Assembly (NCBI GenBank): GCA_965644295.1
Contig: CBFFRP010000386.1
Coordinates: 1-64,000 of the forward strand
DNA from: Paraphysomonas bandaiensis
Lineage: Eukaryota; Protista; Chrysophyceae
Direction of reading: 5' to 3'
DNA: 64,000 nt
Positions 37,816-51,764 of the stretch are shown here, piece by piece; within the stretch, counting starts at the first letter, position 1; the number at the start of each line of letters is the position of its first letter. The notes under the pieces are model-generated. The model saw only the letters and a program-made list of their open reading frames with translations, ran no database searches and was not told the DNA's origin. Position numbers and translations under genes: made by a program.

Positions 37816-39063
37816 CTAGAGGGTTTCCATCCTGGGTAGTAACTTGTTTCTCGATGCCGGAGGTAGTGGCATGTCACCTGTAGCTGGAGGAGTCAAAGCA
37901 TTGTCTGGTGGCCTGCTCAATGGATGAAGAGCCACACCCGCTCCTTTCGTTTGCGTCTTCGGAGGGCGTGACTTGAGCCCCTCGCCCATTGACTTTGGAA
38001 GTGGAGGAAGTGCCATGGATACGGAACTACGCAGAGACCTATTCTTTTTTCTCCGCCTCTCAGGAAGCTCAGATTGTGTAAGCTCCCGCAATCTGACTCC
38101 CGCAGCAGCGCCACTCGTGGGTGCCGTGTGTGACCTGAACTCCCAATTACCATGCAGCCTACAGAGATTTAGTAGTACAAACCTCTTGTTCAAAAAATCT
38201 CTGGTCTTCTGAACTGCGTTCTGTTTAATCACTTTGTGCACGGCCCACATCCAACGCTTTCTGGCAGCAGTGGTGTTTTCAGGATCTAGAGAAGGTCGCC
38301 TGGCACCTGGCATCTCCAACACAGACTGAAATGCATTTACTGACATCTTCGAGAGATGGAGCAGTCTTTCTGCCTGACCACACACGTCGTTCAGCTTCTT
38401 TGACTCGGCACGTAGGTTGTCCAGGGACTCTTTGAAGTCATCAGGCCTGCGATCGATTAGAAACATTCTGACACAATAATAAACTCTGCCAAACCTCGTT
38501 CGTCGTCTTCGGCTAGCGAATGCTGGGGTCAAGTTCGGTGGGCAAGAAATTTCTAGAGACGAAACCTCACACATATCTGCATAGTCCCCCGCGAGTTGTT
38601 GCATGCTCGCTTTTAGTCGGCCCGGACCATCTCCAGATCGCTCCAAAGTCACATTGATCCTCGCTAGTATATAATCAACACTGAGTGGAATCTGAAAAGA
38701 AGAAACTAAAGACTCGCGCGTTGGTAACCGCTTGATCCTTTGATCATGCCGTAGAGTAGTAAGCTTTTTATCAACTGCCATATTGACGTCATCTTGAACA
38801 CGGTTGAATACTTCAGTAGCAGACAAGTAGAGGCGATCCAGTTCAGCCCACTTATCTATATCAAACAGCGTCAACTCAAAGCACGAGTGTTCGATGTGGT
38901 GGTGTATGCATATGTCTAAATTAACTCTACTCCTCCAGAAAAATTTAGAGCCTTCATACACCTGTACACAGCCATCGTTACGAGGCAATTCCTCATCCCC
39001 AGATTTGCTCAGAGCTGGAAGCGGACGCAGAGAGTTCTGCCTCTTTAAATAATTCATAACCAC
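37816..39063 (-). CDS. Uncharacterised protein; probably includes short in-frame introns
   Basis: 415-codon ORF with a globular N-half and a low-complexity tail; no recognised motif. Confidence 0.7.
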   Translation of the reverse strand: MVMNYLKRQNSLRPLPALSKSGDEELPRNDGCVQVYEGSKFFWRSRVNLDICIHHHIEHSCFELTLFDIDKWAELDRLYLSATEVFNRVQDDVNMAVDKKLTTLRHDQRIKRLPTRESLVSSFQIPLSVDYILARINVTLERSGDGPGRLKASMQQLAGDYADMCEVSSLEISCPPNLTPAFASRRRRTRFGRVYYCVRMFLIDRRPDDFKESLDNLRAESKKLNDVCGQAERLLHLSKMSVNAFQSVLEMPGARRPSLDPENTTAARKRWMWAVHKVIKQNAVQKTRDFLNKRFVLLNLCRLHGNWEFRSHTAPTSGAAAGVRLRELTQSELPERRRKKNRSLRSSVSMALPPLPKSMGEGLKSRPPKTQTKGAGVALHPLSRPPDNALTPPATGDMPLPPASRNKLLPRMETL

Positions 39064-39232
39064 GACTATATGTACTGGAGTGGCTTGAAATATCTTAGTG
39101 GACTTTCCTTGTAATGTGGTATATATGCCTATATATATATGTATACGTGATAGGATTGTAACGTTAATATCATAACACTTAAGAACACTTCCCTTCCACT
39201 GTAGTCACCCCTTTATACGGCGGTATACCGCA

Positions 39233-39684
39233 ACATACATACATACATACATACATACATACATACATACATACATACATACATACATACATACATACAT
39301 ACATACATACATACATACATACATACATACATACATACATACATACATACATACATACATACATACATACATACATACATACATACATACATACATACAT
39401 ACATACATACATACATACATACATACATACATACCTACATACATACATACATACATACATACATACATACATACATACATACATACATACATACATACAT
39501 ACATACATACATACATACATACATACATACATACATACATACATACATACATACATACATACATACATACATACATACATACATACATACATACATACAT
39601 ACATACATACATACATACATACATACATACATACATACATACATACATACATACATACATACATACATACATACATACATACAT
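39233..39684. repeat. (TACA)n microsatellite, about 450 bp, one interruption
   Basis: Seen directly. Confidence 0.99.
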
Positions 39685-39788
39685 GTACTGTAGTATACAC
39701 AGGAGTGTATGATGTGGAGTTGCATGGCATGCATACTCAAGTGTGTCCACCGCAGCAGCTGATAGTGAATTTATATTAAAATGGACTA

Positions 39789-41122
39789 ATGATTAACATA
39801 AATCCCTTGCGTATCAGCGGTGTAGTCGGCATTAGTCAAGCCTATAGGTGTCTCTGTGTATGTTCGTCCCCCTCATCATCAGCAGTGTCTGGTGCTATGA
39901 GGGTGGTGTATATGGGCAGTCCTCAGGTCGCTGCGGATGTACTTCGAACACTCCTTACTGCATCCAGAGACCCACAGAGGTACAGATATACTATTACTGC
40001 TGTATGTGTCAGTGTCTGATAGGGGTGTTGTTACAGTGTGTTCAGTATAGTGGCTGTGGTCACTCGTCCCCCTGCACACAGCGGAGAGAAAGAGGCATCA
40101 CTTTACTCTCCCGTACACACAGCTGCGGAATATAGTTCATTGCCAGTGCTAACTCCATCCAAGCCTTCAGACCCGGAGTTTTTGACAGAACTTTGCTCTT
40201 TAAAACCAGATCTTTGCATCACTGCTGCATATGGACACTATCTACCGACCAAATTTCTCAGCATACCGAAGTATGGAACTGTGAATATTCATCCAAGTTT
40301 GTTGCCTAAGTACAGAGGTGCCTCCCCAGTACAGCGCGCATTGGAAAATGGAGAGACCGAGGTTGGTGTTAGTCTGTTATACACCGAGAAAGAGCTAGAC
40401 GCAGGACCGGTGATCCATCAGGAGCCCTGGCGTCTCGTGGGTCATGAGAAAGCTCCTGAAGTGATGTCGACTCTGTTCGGGCGGGCGGCAGAGGCCCTAC
40501 TCCGACTATTTCCTGTAATGCGCCAGGGGTGTCCTCAGGATGGTAGCTCCAGCAGTAGACACAAGATGCACAGGCAACTAGGTGTGGAACAGGAAGGTGA
40601 TGCGTCATATGCACATAAAATATGTGCCAAAGAGAGCCGTATTGACTTTGCAGAGATGGGAGCGACTGCTATTCACAATAAGTAAGAACAGATTGAGCGA
40701 TTTTATTCTACCTAATGATGAACAGGTGTCGGGCTTTTGCGGAGTGGCCTGGGACCTGGGCACAGTTCGATCTGGAGCACAGGAACCGTATAAAAACTAG
40801 TAGAATTAAAATAGTTACAACTGTAGTTATAAAAGAAAGCTGTGAAAGAATCTCGAACCCACACAGCTACATTAATCGTGAAGTTGTTTTTGTAAAAGGG
40901 GACCACGATGGTTACCTCAGAATAGTTTGTGGTGACGGAAGTGTTTTGGGAGTGACTGAACTACAACCTGTAGGAAAGCGGGTTATGAAGGCAAAGGCAT
41001 TCAATAATGGATTGGTCGGAAAGACATTTCGTTGGACAGCAGGGAATGGTGCATCCAATACAATGTATAAAGATCGTAGTAGATCAAGCGACCAAGCTGT
41101 ATCAAAACTGCAACCCAGCTAA
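39789..41122 (+). CDS. fmt: Organellar methionyl-tRNA formyltransferase, 3 exons
   Basis: MRVVYMGSP, TAAYG, NIHPSLLPKYRGASP, LDAGP, RAFAEWPG, LQPVGKRVM. Confidence 0.93.
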
Positions 41123-41277
41123 CTAATGATGATAATTCCTGATATTTAGAATTTAGAGGCGATATGACAGAATATACTGTCAATAATATTAGCCTGACCT
41201 ACTCTTTACTCTAAACTTTAGAACGTTCTTTGCAATGCTCTATAATTACTAAACTGTCTACTAGTAACTAGTAGAGC

Positions 41278-41990
41278 CAGGGCCCGATAACAATATATTG
41301 CCAGCTCAAAAATAATGATAATATATTAAAGATTAATAATAAATATATATTGATATATTTTGGGCACTATGAAGAAATCATTAGCTCGATCGGTACTAAC
41401 TAGAGGGTAGAAGTTACGAGGTTACGACATGATAATGAAAACCCAAAAACAATATACAATGCAGCAACTAGTACTCTAAGTTTTCCAACTCTTCGTACTG
41501 TCATCCTCATTCTCGCCATGATCGGACGGTTTATCATCGATGACCTGTTGCACTGCCTTGAACCAGCAGCAGTTCGAGGCGTTGTGGGGTCATTTCTTGT
41601 TGTAAGTGTGTCGCAAGTGGCTATGCTCGATTATATTATAATGCCTAATTATTTAGCAATATAGGCATGGAAGTATTAAAACTAAGAGAAATAGAAACTA
41701 AACAAGCGTCTGTCAAGCACCTAATACTAATATCTTACTATTTATTGCAACAGAGGCTACTTGTGCCAAGGTGCAACCACCTCCACTTTGGCTCTACTGA
41801 ACAAACGCTCCACAACGTTAGTTGTACTGAATATGAGCTTGGTCGACCAATACTGGGTGTCAAGCTATCGTCGTAACTTCTTGGTGGCTCTGTGGCATTC
41901 AACAGCAGCAGCAGTGTTCCTTGTATTTTTGCCACTTCGATGGCTATATCCGGTAATTCAGCTACTTCTGCATCCTTTCGAATTCTCGCA
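41278..41990 (-). mobile_element. hAT transposon 3' remnant interrupted by a LINE tail
   Basis: Reverse strand STTNVVERLFSRAK...MTPQRLELLL; CAGGGCC terminus at 41278; paralogous to 56345-56785. Confidence 0.75.
41645..41787 (-). mobile_element. Short LINE/SINE 3' tail inserted in the hAT remnant
   Basis: Reverse strand gtggttgcaccttggcacaag...ctatattgctaaataa. Confidence 0.65.
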
Positions 41991-42050
41991 ACCGGTCAGT
42001 TTACTATTTGGTGAATAGCTTAATATATTATTATGTAAGTACTCATATCT

Positions 42051-42376
42051 TAATGCTTGTGTGTGGTATACAAGGGACAAGTGTCACTTGTATAGATGCC
42101 TTTTTGGGCCTTGACGAATAAACAGGCATTCGGGGCGGCAGGGCCCACCTCAAGGGCATCCGGGGTATTGGATTACCTGATGAAGGCAAGCATCCGGCCT
42201 GTTCACGTTAAGAGCAGAGGCGAAAGTGGTTCAACCTTGGTGCTTGCGGTGACGCACAAGCAGCTTTTTTCGTAGCGAAAAATAGTTGGATATCAGAGTT
42301 AAGCACAAGTTAGTTAAATTGTTTTGCTACATTAGTTCTGACTCTTATATACGCCTCTTGCAAATTATCAGACATC
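42051..42376 (+). mobile_element. 5'-truncated copy of the SINE-like family (body plus tail)
   Basis: aatgcttgtgtg..acaagggac..gtgtcacttgt..gacgaataaacaggcat..ccttggtgcttgcggtgacgcacaagcagc..tatcagac. Confidence 0.85.
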
Positions 42377-42913
42377 CCCTCTAACTCTAGGCAAATAGAC
42401 GCAGTATTCAGGGCCAGGTAAAATATTATATTGGATAGCAATTTTAATTATTATTGGTCTTTAAAATATCACCTCCTGGCGATATTCATATATTATAGCA
42501 ATGTACAGTAATTAGGTGATATCTTATGCCTAACTTACAGAGTCAAGGAAGAAGCGCTTTATTACCAAAATCTCTCTAATATACGTCGTATCAGAAAATA
42601 TGTAGTAGCAGGAATTGTGTTTGAGAAGTCGTGTTGATTCCACACATCATGTTGCAGTTATTTGTAAGAAGCTACAGTATTCTGTCTAGTGGTTGAGCTA
42701 TACATTTGTCTAATTTTATTTTAAGCTTTAACACTATAACTACCCCCTTCTATCTCATTGTTACACACAAGCTTCTCACATCAAATTTGAGATACGCATT
42801 ACGTAACAAGCCAGAAAACCAAGGCTACAACAACTCTACCGCTTCAAAATACAAATATACAGAATGCTGACAGTCTCCGCAGCAAAAAAAGTGTGAACAA
42901 ACATAACCTCACA

Positions 42914-45900
42914 TTACATGCTGTATCCTCTTCTTTGCTTTGAGATACGATAGTGGGCGTCTTGTGCATCTTCAGTACCATCTTGGTCTTCTTCTGCCTG
43001 TCGAAGTCTCGAAAATTGGCTGAACTGCGACAGCAGCATGTCGTTGAAGGCACGTCGATACTCCACATCGCGAGTTGAAGGCAACTCACGTAAGTTTTTT
43101 TCGTTATTTGTACCATTCGATAAAGTTTTATTGTCGTGCACACTATCTACTATCCTTTGCGAGTCCTTTGGACCATCGGCTGCAAACGCAATTAAGAATC
43201 TATATGAGAGGCATGTTCACAAAATACCTGAAATATGACTGCTTCCGCTAATACTCCTAACTGGAGAGCCAGGTTTATCGATAAAAACCGAAGACGAATC
43301 ATCATGCAAGGAGAGGGAAAACATCTGCTATATACGTTAGTAATATAACACAAATAAGCATTGACACATGCCTCAGTTATAACGCTGCCACCGCTAGACA
43401 AATAAGAATTAGCGAGAGCACTTCCTACACGGCCACTATATCGGATCACGAAGTTTTTGAACCGATCGTTTGCCTCTTGGAAGGCACGCTGCACGCATGC
43501 AGCATTGTAGCAGTTCTTAGCCACTATGATATAAGGAATTAATATAATTACTAAGTAGGGCGCATTAGCGGTTACCGTTGTTCATCACATTCACCGGGTC
43601 TTCAATTACAAATGGATGACACGCTTGAGGGTGTGCAACTCCTGAACCATGAACTTCAAACCGGAATCCCCCGTCTCTCACACTGAATCCATGCCTGCCA
43701 CATTCCAGTGCTTCTCCGTAGAAGTCTAAAAACTCAACAACAATTACACCCAAGATAGGACTTGGAAGCTGATCTACTTCAGCATTTAGCTGGAATGAGT
43801 CATCACTGATCGTAGGTTCACTAGTGGAGTGATCGGCGCCAACCCCCTTTTAACCGCAGATCACTTAATTCTATGAAGAAAAGTACGTAACAGTATGCTT
43901 ACCGCTGTGTCACCATCAAACTCCAGTAGCTTCGCTGCTACTTTCTTTCCGTACTCCCGCTGTGCCTCTACCCCAGTCCAGGAGTACGGCTCGCCATATC
44001 GATGGCGTGGAAAATCTGTCACCCGCATCTGGCCCTCAGACTGGCGTCGGGCGGGAGTACCACGACGTGAAGGAAAGGAGATAGATTCCTCCGATACAGC
44101 TGTGCCCCGACGGAGGGGTTCGGGTGGAGTACTGAGTTGGCATTGCGGGAGACTTTCAGTAGAAGACAGTGTTAAAGGGTCACCAGTGGGTGGCGGTAAG
44201 GAAGAAGAAGGCACGCCGGAATGGTTATTTAAGAGACGACTTGCTTGGTACCTGTGTATCATTAGGTCTTACACATCACAATGCAGTAACAATACACCAC
44301 CTCCTCAAAAATAGCAGTAGGACCAAGAGTACAATTCCATACGACGGCAAGCCACCAGTATACGCATCACAGAGTCCCTATATGCACATAATATAGAATA
44401 CTAATTAAAAAATCGCCAGTAGTGTTGCAAAAGCACCTTTGACTTGAGATACTCTTTTATAAGAGTGCTGACTGGCCCTATACCCGGCAAGGCATTGAGC
44501 ATGAATTGTGTTACAGCAGTGGTAGCCAAGCCTGCATCCATAATTTCAGACAGTGCAGTATTAATGCATATTCATAGGCTTTACCACTATGCTCCGGGCC
44601 ATCTATTGATATATCAAGCGAGACTGTGATTCGCTCCGCGTTAGGGCTGTCAGCTGACATAGGCTCGCCAGTTACAGGATGGGTGTAAATATTAGCTTCA
44701 GCCTTAATCAGAGGGACTCGAGTATGCAGCAGCACCTGTGTAACGGTGAAAACCAACAAACATTTTGTCAGAAAATAATTGCCTCACCTTCTTTATCGTG
44801 ATAATATCACAAGCATCTTTCTCCAAAAAGTTGGCGAGGCCTTGCAGCAGCGGAATGACCCCAGTGATGGTGGGGAGCGTTACACACTCGTCGCTAAAGC
44901 ATACTACTAAGTCTACATCACTTTCAAGTCCCGGTAGTCCAGTTGCCCACGACCCAAATGCTTCCAGCGTTGCAAATGGCCAAATACGCCGCACACAACA
45001 TCTCAGAGAGTCTACAAGAGCCTCTTCACCGCGGCGCCTTCGGTTACGCATTTTTGTCCATCGTCGCCAGTATGTCACGACCTGTAATAGCAACAAAATC
45101 GTAAGCATTAAAACTTTCACAAAGAATGGCAAACCTCATCGTGTAAACTGGTCACCACGGTCTGCATCTGCGTCTCCATGAATCTACAGTCGTGTCATAT
45201 AAGAATACACCTATACAAGATAAATTAGCACACCGTTGCAAGGATGCCTTCCTAACGGCCTTTTCATCCCTTCCTTTCACTTTTTTTTCCTCGCCGTCAG
45301 ATATATGATCCACAGAGGTTGTGTGACTGATCACCGAAGACAGACCTGTAGTCCCCGCGTCGTTATCTGCAAAGCACATAAGGCACGACGTCAAATATAA
45401 CAGATGGATACAGAGCACGAACCATTAACCCTGCGCACGCGCTCTTCTTCGCATTCTGATATTACAAATTCTTTCAGCATTCGTCGCTCCTCGTTTTCCT
45501 GCTGTGTGCTCTTTCCCCTGTATGCACATCCCTCTTCCAGATGTTGATGTAGTTCCTGTCGCCCACCTATATAGGAACACCCTAAAACGCAATTGGGACA
45601 TACAACTTCGTAGTCCGCAGCCAATATTTCCGAGTTGTCTCTTGTAGCAACTTCAATTGCATACTTACAATGGGTCATATGTTTCTGGATATTAGTTTTT
45701 TTCACTACTGCACGACATCCCAGCTTATAGTACGGGCACACTACTTCATAGTCTGTAATATTGAGCTGTGATATGGTTTCATTGAACCAGTTGGTCGAGG
45801 TTAGGTTGGCAAGAAATTGCGTAGATATACGTTCATTGCGCTCTTGTTCTAAGGCCTTCACTGCCCACCGCTGCCGCTTTAGACGTTCCTTGGCTTCCGC

Positions 45901-46497
45901 CTTGTCGATCTCCTCCAGAATCAGCATCCGTCGTCTGCGTTCCGTCTCAGCAGCATGCATGGCCCACGCACTCCATTTCTTTCTCTCCGCGTCCTCAGCT
46001 GCCAACTCCGACTCAGCTGCATATTGCTTTGAACCCACCCATTCAGCCTGCAGGTCCAACCATTGTTCACTACTCCCGGGAGCACCGTCTCGACTGGGGC
46101 GTTGCGATGTCAACAATCCCTCAGTGAGGCTAAAATGATCATTATTCTGTATGCCAATGAGCCCGCTGAGCCAATCCGTGAAATCAATAGTGTCACTATG
46201 GGTATAGGTGCTCTCCGAAGGCACTCTCTCTCTGGCGTGTCGTCTAGTGTGACCGGAATGACCGCTACTCTGTGAGCGCTTCTCAACTAAGTCCGATGTA
46301 TCTAAATCAAAGTCACTGATATCAGATTCAGCCTCCTTCTGATGAGTCTTCTTTCTTCTTCGTCTTCTTGGAGCTGCTCGTGTTTCTTTAGTCTTCTTTG
46401 GTTTGGATGGAACAGACTGACCACTCGGAACAAACTCAGGAGCATCAGGAGAGAGACTCGTGTGAGTGGCACTTGAGATTGACTCCGGGCTCTTCAT
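42914..46497 (-). CDS. Non-canonical poly(A) polymerase (TRF4/TENT4-like) with N-terminal PAM2 motif and TRAF-type zinc fingers, multi-exon
   Basis: FGSWATGL...SDVDL, RVPLIK, SLDIS, AYTGGLPSY, IEDPVN; LSPDAPEFVP; two CP-x4-GC...H-x3/4-C fingers; 3' end approximate. Confidence 0.85.
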
Positions 46498-46579
46498 ATG
46501 CTGATTTGCCCAGAAGTCGATTAGATAGGAGCTATTTATGATTTCTTCTCTGGATTATTGAGATAGCAGCACACGACTT

Positions 46580-46840
46580 GCCTACCCACACACACATATA
46601 TATACCGTACCTATCTACCCACCCATTGTACCTACTTACTTACGTACACACATACATACTGCTGTACCTATCAACCGTACCTACTTACCTACACATATAC
46701 ATACTGCCGTACCTATCAACCGTACCTACTTACCTACACACATACATACTGCCGTACCTATCAACTGTACCTACTTACTTACGTACACACATACATACTG
46801 CCGTACCTATCAACTGTACCTACTTACCTACACACATATA
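46580..46840. repeat. 45/49-bp minisatellite, about 5-6 copies
   Basis: gtacctactta...ccgtacctatcaac units starting at 46628, 46677, 46722, 46767 and 46816. Confidence 0.9.
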
Positions 46841-47879
46841 TAGTCTCCTCCATGTACCTCCCTATCTATCTCTTATCAAGTATTGTGTGCGTAATTCTGG
46901 GTACAACAAAAAACATTCGCCAAAACTCTGCAACAATTTTTGTACACCGTATACCCGGTATACGGCACTGTTAATACAATCACCCTGCTGTTGAATCGTT
47001 GGATTGAGTGTTGTGCTGATTGATGTCAGTGACTCAACAGTATCAGGGCCCTAAGCAACACTTGTGGTAGTGCCCTCGTCAACTGCTTGAGGTGCTGGTT
47101 CCTAACTCGGCCTTCGACCTGTACCATTAGTGAGTATAGAGCACGTCTTACTCTCAGTAGTTGTAGCACAATCAAGTTATAATTATGAGCAGGTGGTAAT
47201 ATATTCTTCTTCTGGGTGCACTCAACCTGTAGTTAGATATTAAGAAGGGCTTACATTAAACAGGCAGATATTGACAATGATTATTTTATTTTAAATATAA
47301 CTTAGTCCTGCGCAGTGGGCCGCTAATTGAAGCTCTATTTTATATGTTTCAAATGCCTAATAGACCTTGATTGGGTTCATAAATTTTAATAATAAATATA
47401 AAGTATAACTATACTCTACTTTGAATAAATTTAGCTGTAATATAGTTTTTACTTTTACTCATGGTTGTATAGTTAAAATAATAACAGAAAAGGGATGTTG
47501 TGTGATAAAGTTACACATGTTACATCATAGGTAAACTTATCCAGAATACCATACATTATTTGACTTGTACGTACTGTTTAACCCAGCAAGAAAATATCTA
47601 GTATAATGGTCACCAGAGAATACAGTTACTAGTACCAAAATGAATGAAAGTGATGTACTTTAAATTATCTAATACGATTGCCGACAGTGAAATACGTTTT
47701 AGCGTAGTAGACAGAATACGAGAAAATATAAACATATTACCATGAAGACTAAAAAATTTAAATAAAAATTTCAATCTCACATCAATCATGTAGTAAATGA
47801 CAAGCTCACAAAAAAGAGACAATGCCAAGTTAAAGACAATACACGTGGGGAAGCAAACGGAAATTGAGGGAACAGACTA

Positions 47880-48215
47880 CTATGAGCTTTGCTGTATGTG
47901 AGCATTTAAAAGCCGTAGTTTCTAAGACATTTAAATTATAACCATTACTCAAAGAATACAGTAGTAGCTAACCGTATTGTGAGAACCAATGATATGATAG
48001 CTATATTATAGTACTGAAACTGATATATATATTGACTGTACAAGATAGTGACGATGTAAGATCGTACTAAAAATGGTTGGTGTAGTAGAGATAAACCGAG
48101 TTGGTGAATGATAATGAATGATGTATGATATCTCTTATAATTTATAATTTATAATTTTCTTCTTAAAGTGTTCATCTAAGCTTTCTTACGAAGTTCAACT
48201 GCTAAATATGTCGCT
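47880..48215 (-). repeat. Uninterrupted copy of the AT-rich repeat that hosts the LINE insertions
   Basis: Reverse complement aligns in order to 14529-14620, 14779-14804 and 18853-19060; a more diverged copy lies near 54080-54290. Confidence 0.85.
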
Positions 48216-48611
48216 TTCAAACATTCAAAATTTTCTTCCGGCCGAAATTTCTCATAAATTGAAACACGGGTAACATCTCAAGAAAGAACAATGAAAAATT
48301 GCTACATATTGGTATTGATGATGGCTCCACTAGCTCTCATATAATGTCAGTTTTCCATATAAGTGGCGTCGACGGCTTGGGAGAAGTTTTAAAATAAAAA
48401 AAATTCATCGAATCTTCTTCTAAAAGAGACAACACAATACACATGCATCATTCAACGGCTGTGAATAATATTTATTAAAATATGTATGGAGAACATAATT
48501 ATAATCTACCGTCCAGGAATTTAAGGAATGCTTATAGAATACGTGGCAGTGACATGAACCTAAACCTATTCAATACTATGAGAACTTCAACTATAAGCTA
48601 ATTACAATATT

Positions 48612-51578
48612 TCAACTACTGTTATCGCAGTTAGCCTGGCGATATGCTCTTGCATTAGCCCAAGGTTTTCCAATACGCATGAGAAACCTGATATCGGTAA
48701 CATGTAAAACGAAATGAAGAGTTTAGCTCATAGTGATCCTACCTCTCTAGGTCAACCATGGTTTCATCATATACATCTGTGTAACGTCCCGGTAGAGTTC
48801 TCTTTTGTGGTCCCGCACCATCCTCATCTCTACCTTCATCAACCACATCCAGCGTCCGGACTCTTAATTCGTACGCCTTTTCTTTGTCGATAGCTATACT
48901 CTCTGCAATCGCTACGTATTCCGCCACACTGTCCGCAACCAACTCGCCTCCGAGTCCCACCCTTTCGTAGAAAGCCCCCAAAGGTGATATCGTAGACACC
49001 CATGGGGCACTTCCTAAATGAGAGACTATCTTGTAAGCGAGGTTCGTGGAATACCTACTCTTCATCTGAACCAACGTCTTCCGGAGATCTGAAGACTGTT
49101 GCTGTGTGGGCCGAAGCGTAATCCCAGGTCGCATTGTAACAACGGGAGTCCCAACACTAAGTGCCAGCCCAAGGGGGTGAAGTGATGCGCCAATAGGAAA
49201 AGAATCTAATACTACGTCAGCGCGCCGCATGAGCTGAATCATCCTGGCATCACTGAGAGGAGAGGGTAAAAGGCGAATGCGTTGGTGGAGATTACCACCC
49301 CGAGACCAGAACCGTCTCACTAGTTTCTTAGCCCATTCAACAGAAAGCTGTCGCTGCGGAGTATCGTATTCGGCAAGCGAAGGGGCCTGAGGTGATGCAG
49401 ACGGCAGAACATGTGCATATGCTTCAGGAAGGGCGATAACCACCTGCATGTGCGGCACAGACCGCAGAAGTGTGAAGATCGCCTCGTCCATCAATGGGTG
49501 AACGTAGCTCGGATCTAATGGTAGCAGTGCAACTGCTTGACCTTCAAAGAATACCTGCCCTTCATACTCATTGGGCATGAAATTTGCGTCAATGACTTTC
49601 TCTTCCTCAGGGAAAACGGGCTGTTTCTTGTGTGGAAAGGCCGGTGCCGCCGCTATAGAGACCACTCTGTCGATAGAAGAAGGCGTGAACACTGGCCAAT
49701 CCAGAAGTACAACTTGCTCCGACCAACGTTCTAGTAAGGGAGATCGCCCCTTCTCCCCCTCTCCTGCAAGGTAGGAGTCTTGCGCGTCCGTAGGCAGTAT
49801 GTAGTAGTCAACAGTTGCGGAGCTACAACTGGACCCCCGAGTATAGACACACACCTGCACGGGAGCAATCCTTGTAGACTGTAGGAATACGCTCTGTTGA
49901 TCGGGAAAGGGTTGCCAGTCGGGAAATAGGAGGACATCCAGCTCGAGGCGGTCCAGCACTGCCCATGCTTGTGTGGAGTCGGCAGGGAGGTTAACGATGC
50001 GATGGGCATACTCCGCAATCTTAGAGGTGACAGTGTCGGGAACGAGTGGCAAGGCAATGAGGGTGATTGAAAACATGCGGCGTGCATTAAGATTTCGCAG
50101 TACTCGGTGCAGAATAAACTGCCCCACTGCATGACCATTAAAGTGTCCTCCAAGTATACCTACGACAAATATTGCGTCATAAACATATCATAGCACCATG
50201 AAATTGACACACCGATTTCAACAGGGACTCTATCTTTAAGTGCGCGGCGGCTATCTCTGCCTCTCGTAGAAGACATAGAGGAGGACGATGTTGCTAGAAT
50301 ATCGTTGCCGTTGTCGCTTACACTACCATGTCCACACATAGATAAATCCAGCTGATGTGTAATCCATTGCTGAGCGGAAATGTTGTGTCTCACGGGACGG
50401 TTGTCAAAGTAATTCTCTACCAGCTCGCCCAACACTGGGGCCATTGGCAAGGCGGACCACCATACCAGCGGCAGTGGCCAGAATACGTCGATTACGTTCT
50501 CCAAGTGAATTTTTCCTTCCTGCGAGGCTGAGTACTGTCCAAGAAACTCTGTCGTGTTGAGGTATGTCTCGATAATATGCCAAACTGAATTTGGAACAAC
50601 GGGATACTCCATCGCGTGTCGAAGTCTTACCACTTGCATTGATACACGTCCTTCCGATGCGACATCGCTCGTATCAAGACCACGGCGCATCATCGCCAAT
50701 CCAATAACTGGTCGTCCTCGTTCGTACAGACTCTGACCCAAGTCAAAGACAAACCTGCCCTTCATTTCTCCCCGCGACATCCAGTCGATTAAGTTCGTAA
50801 AAAATCCGTACAGCTCCAGAGTTGCGCTGGGTATAAATATGAATTCCCCGCGATACACTTTCACCGCAAGGTCTTCCACGCGACTGCGGAGGAGGGGGAG
50901 TCCATGAGTTGCAGATGATTCCACTAGCTTAGTGCGATCTTTGCCGAACAAACTGGACAGCTTTTGAAGCTTACTATCCAAAGAATTCAGAATGCGGGAA
51001 ACATAAAACTTCGCCTCGTGTACTTTTCCTTCTGTCAGGAGAATGGTCGATAGGTATATTAGTATCAATGTATCGGACTCCTTATAAAACAAGCAGTTCT
51101 TGAAGTGCATTTTCGCTCTATCGACATCTTCCTTATCCAGTAATAACAATCCTAGTTGAAAGTGTGCTTCGTGTGGCTCCTTCGAATAAGACATGGCTTC
51201 ATATAAGAGCAATTCCGCTCGTTGGTAGAAGCCCATCATCTTCAGTAGTTTGGACATGGACAGGAACACATCATATCGTTCTTCCATAGGCATCTCTCCA
51301 AACATATAAGGGTGTCTGATGAGCTGTCCATACTCATGTAAAGCCGCTTGAATCATCTGTTCTGATGCCTTCTTGTCAGCGAGAGCCTTCATAGACTTCC
51401 ATGCGGGCTCGAGTGACACCTCAGGCAGCTCAAAGGGTTCTGTCACACCCTCCAATACATGATGACTAACAATACGGGGCTCATCGTCACCACGTATTCG
51501 ATCATGACTAAATACTTGTGAATAGATTACTGGAATCCATATGAGAGTTAAACATATCCACCTCATATACCGCTCCAT
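48612..51578 (-). CDS. Signal-peptide TPR + GT41 (OGT/SPINDLY-like) glycosyltransferase-fold protein, 3 exons
   Basis: TPR (AHFQLGLLL...A...F), GHAVG, LDVLLFPD, RIAPVQ, ADVVLDSFP, ALSVGTPVVTM, LVADSVAEYVAIA. Confidence 0.8.
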
Positions 51579-51764
51579 ACACTATAATACACTACACTAC
51601 ACTATATATACTATACACTATACACTGTATGGGATACGCTGTACTGCTATATCTTTAAGAGGTCAAGAAGTTCAACAGCCTTTCCTAATTAGACATGCAA
51701 AACACTTCCTCCCGATTACATATACCATTCCACTGTACCAACAATCACATACTGGAAGTTACGT

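Noticed and set aside
39179-39750. MYVC-repeat ORFs (also 51541-52043)
   Set aside because: Translations of (TATG)n microsatellites.
42176-42230. Possible hammerhead ribozyme (CTGATGA...GAAA)
   Set aside because: Stem II is not followed by GAAA, and CTGATGA is not kept in paralogous copies (ctgctga at 54625; ctactta in the 12760 copy).
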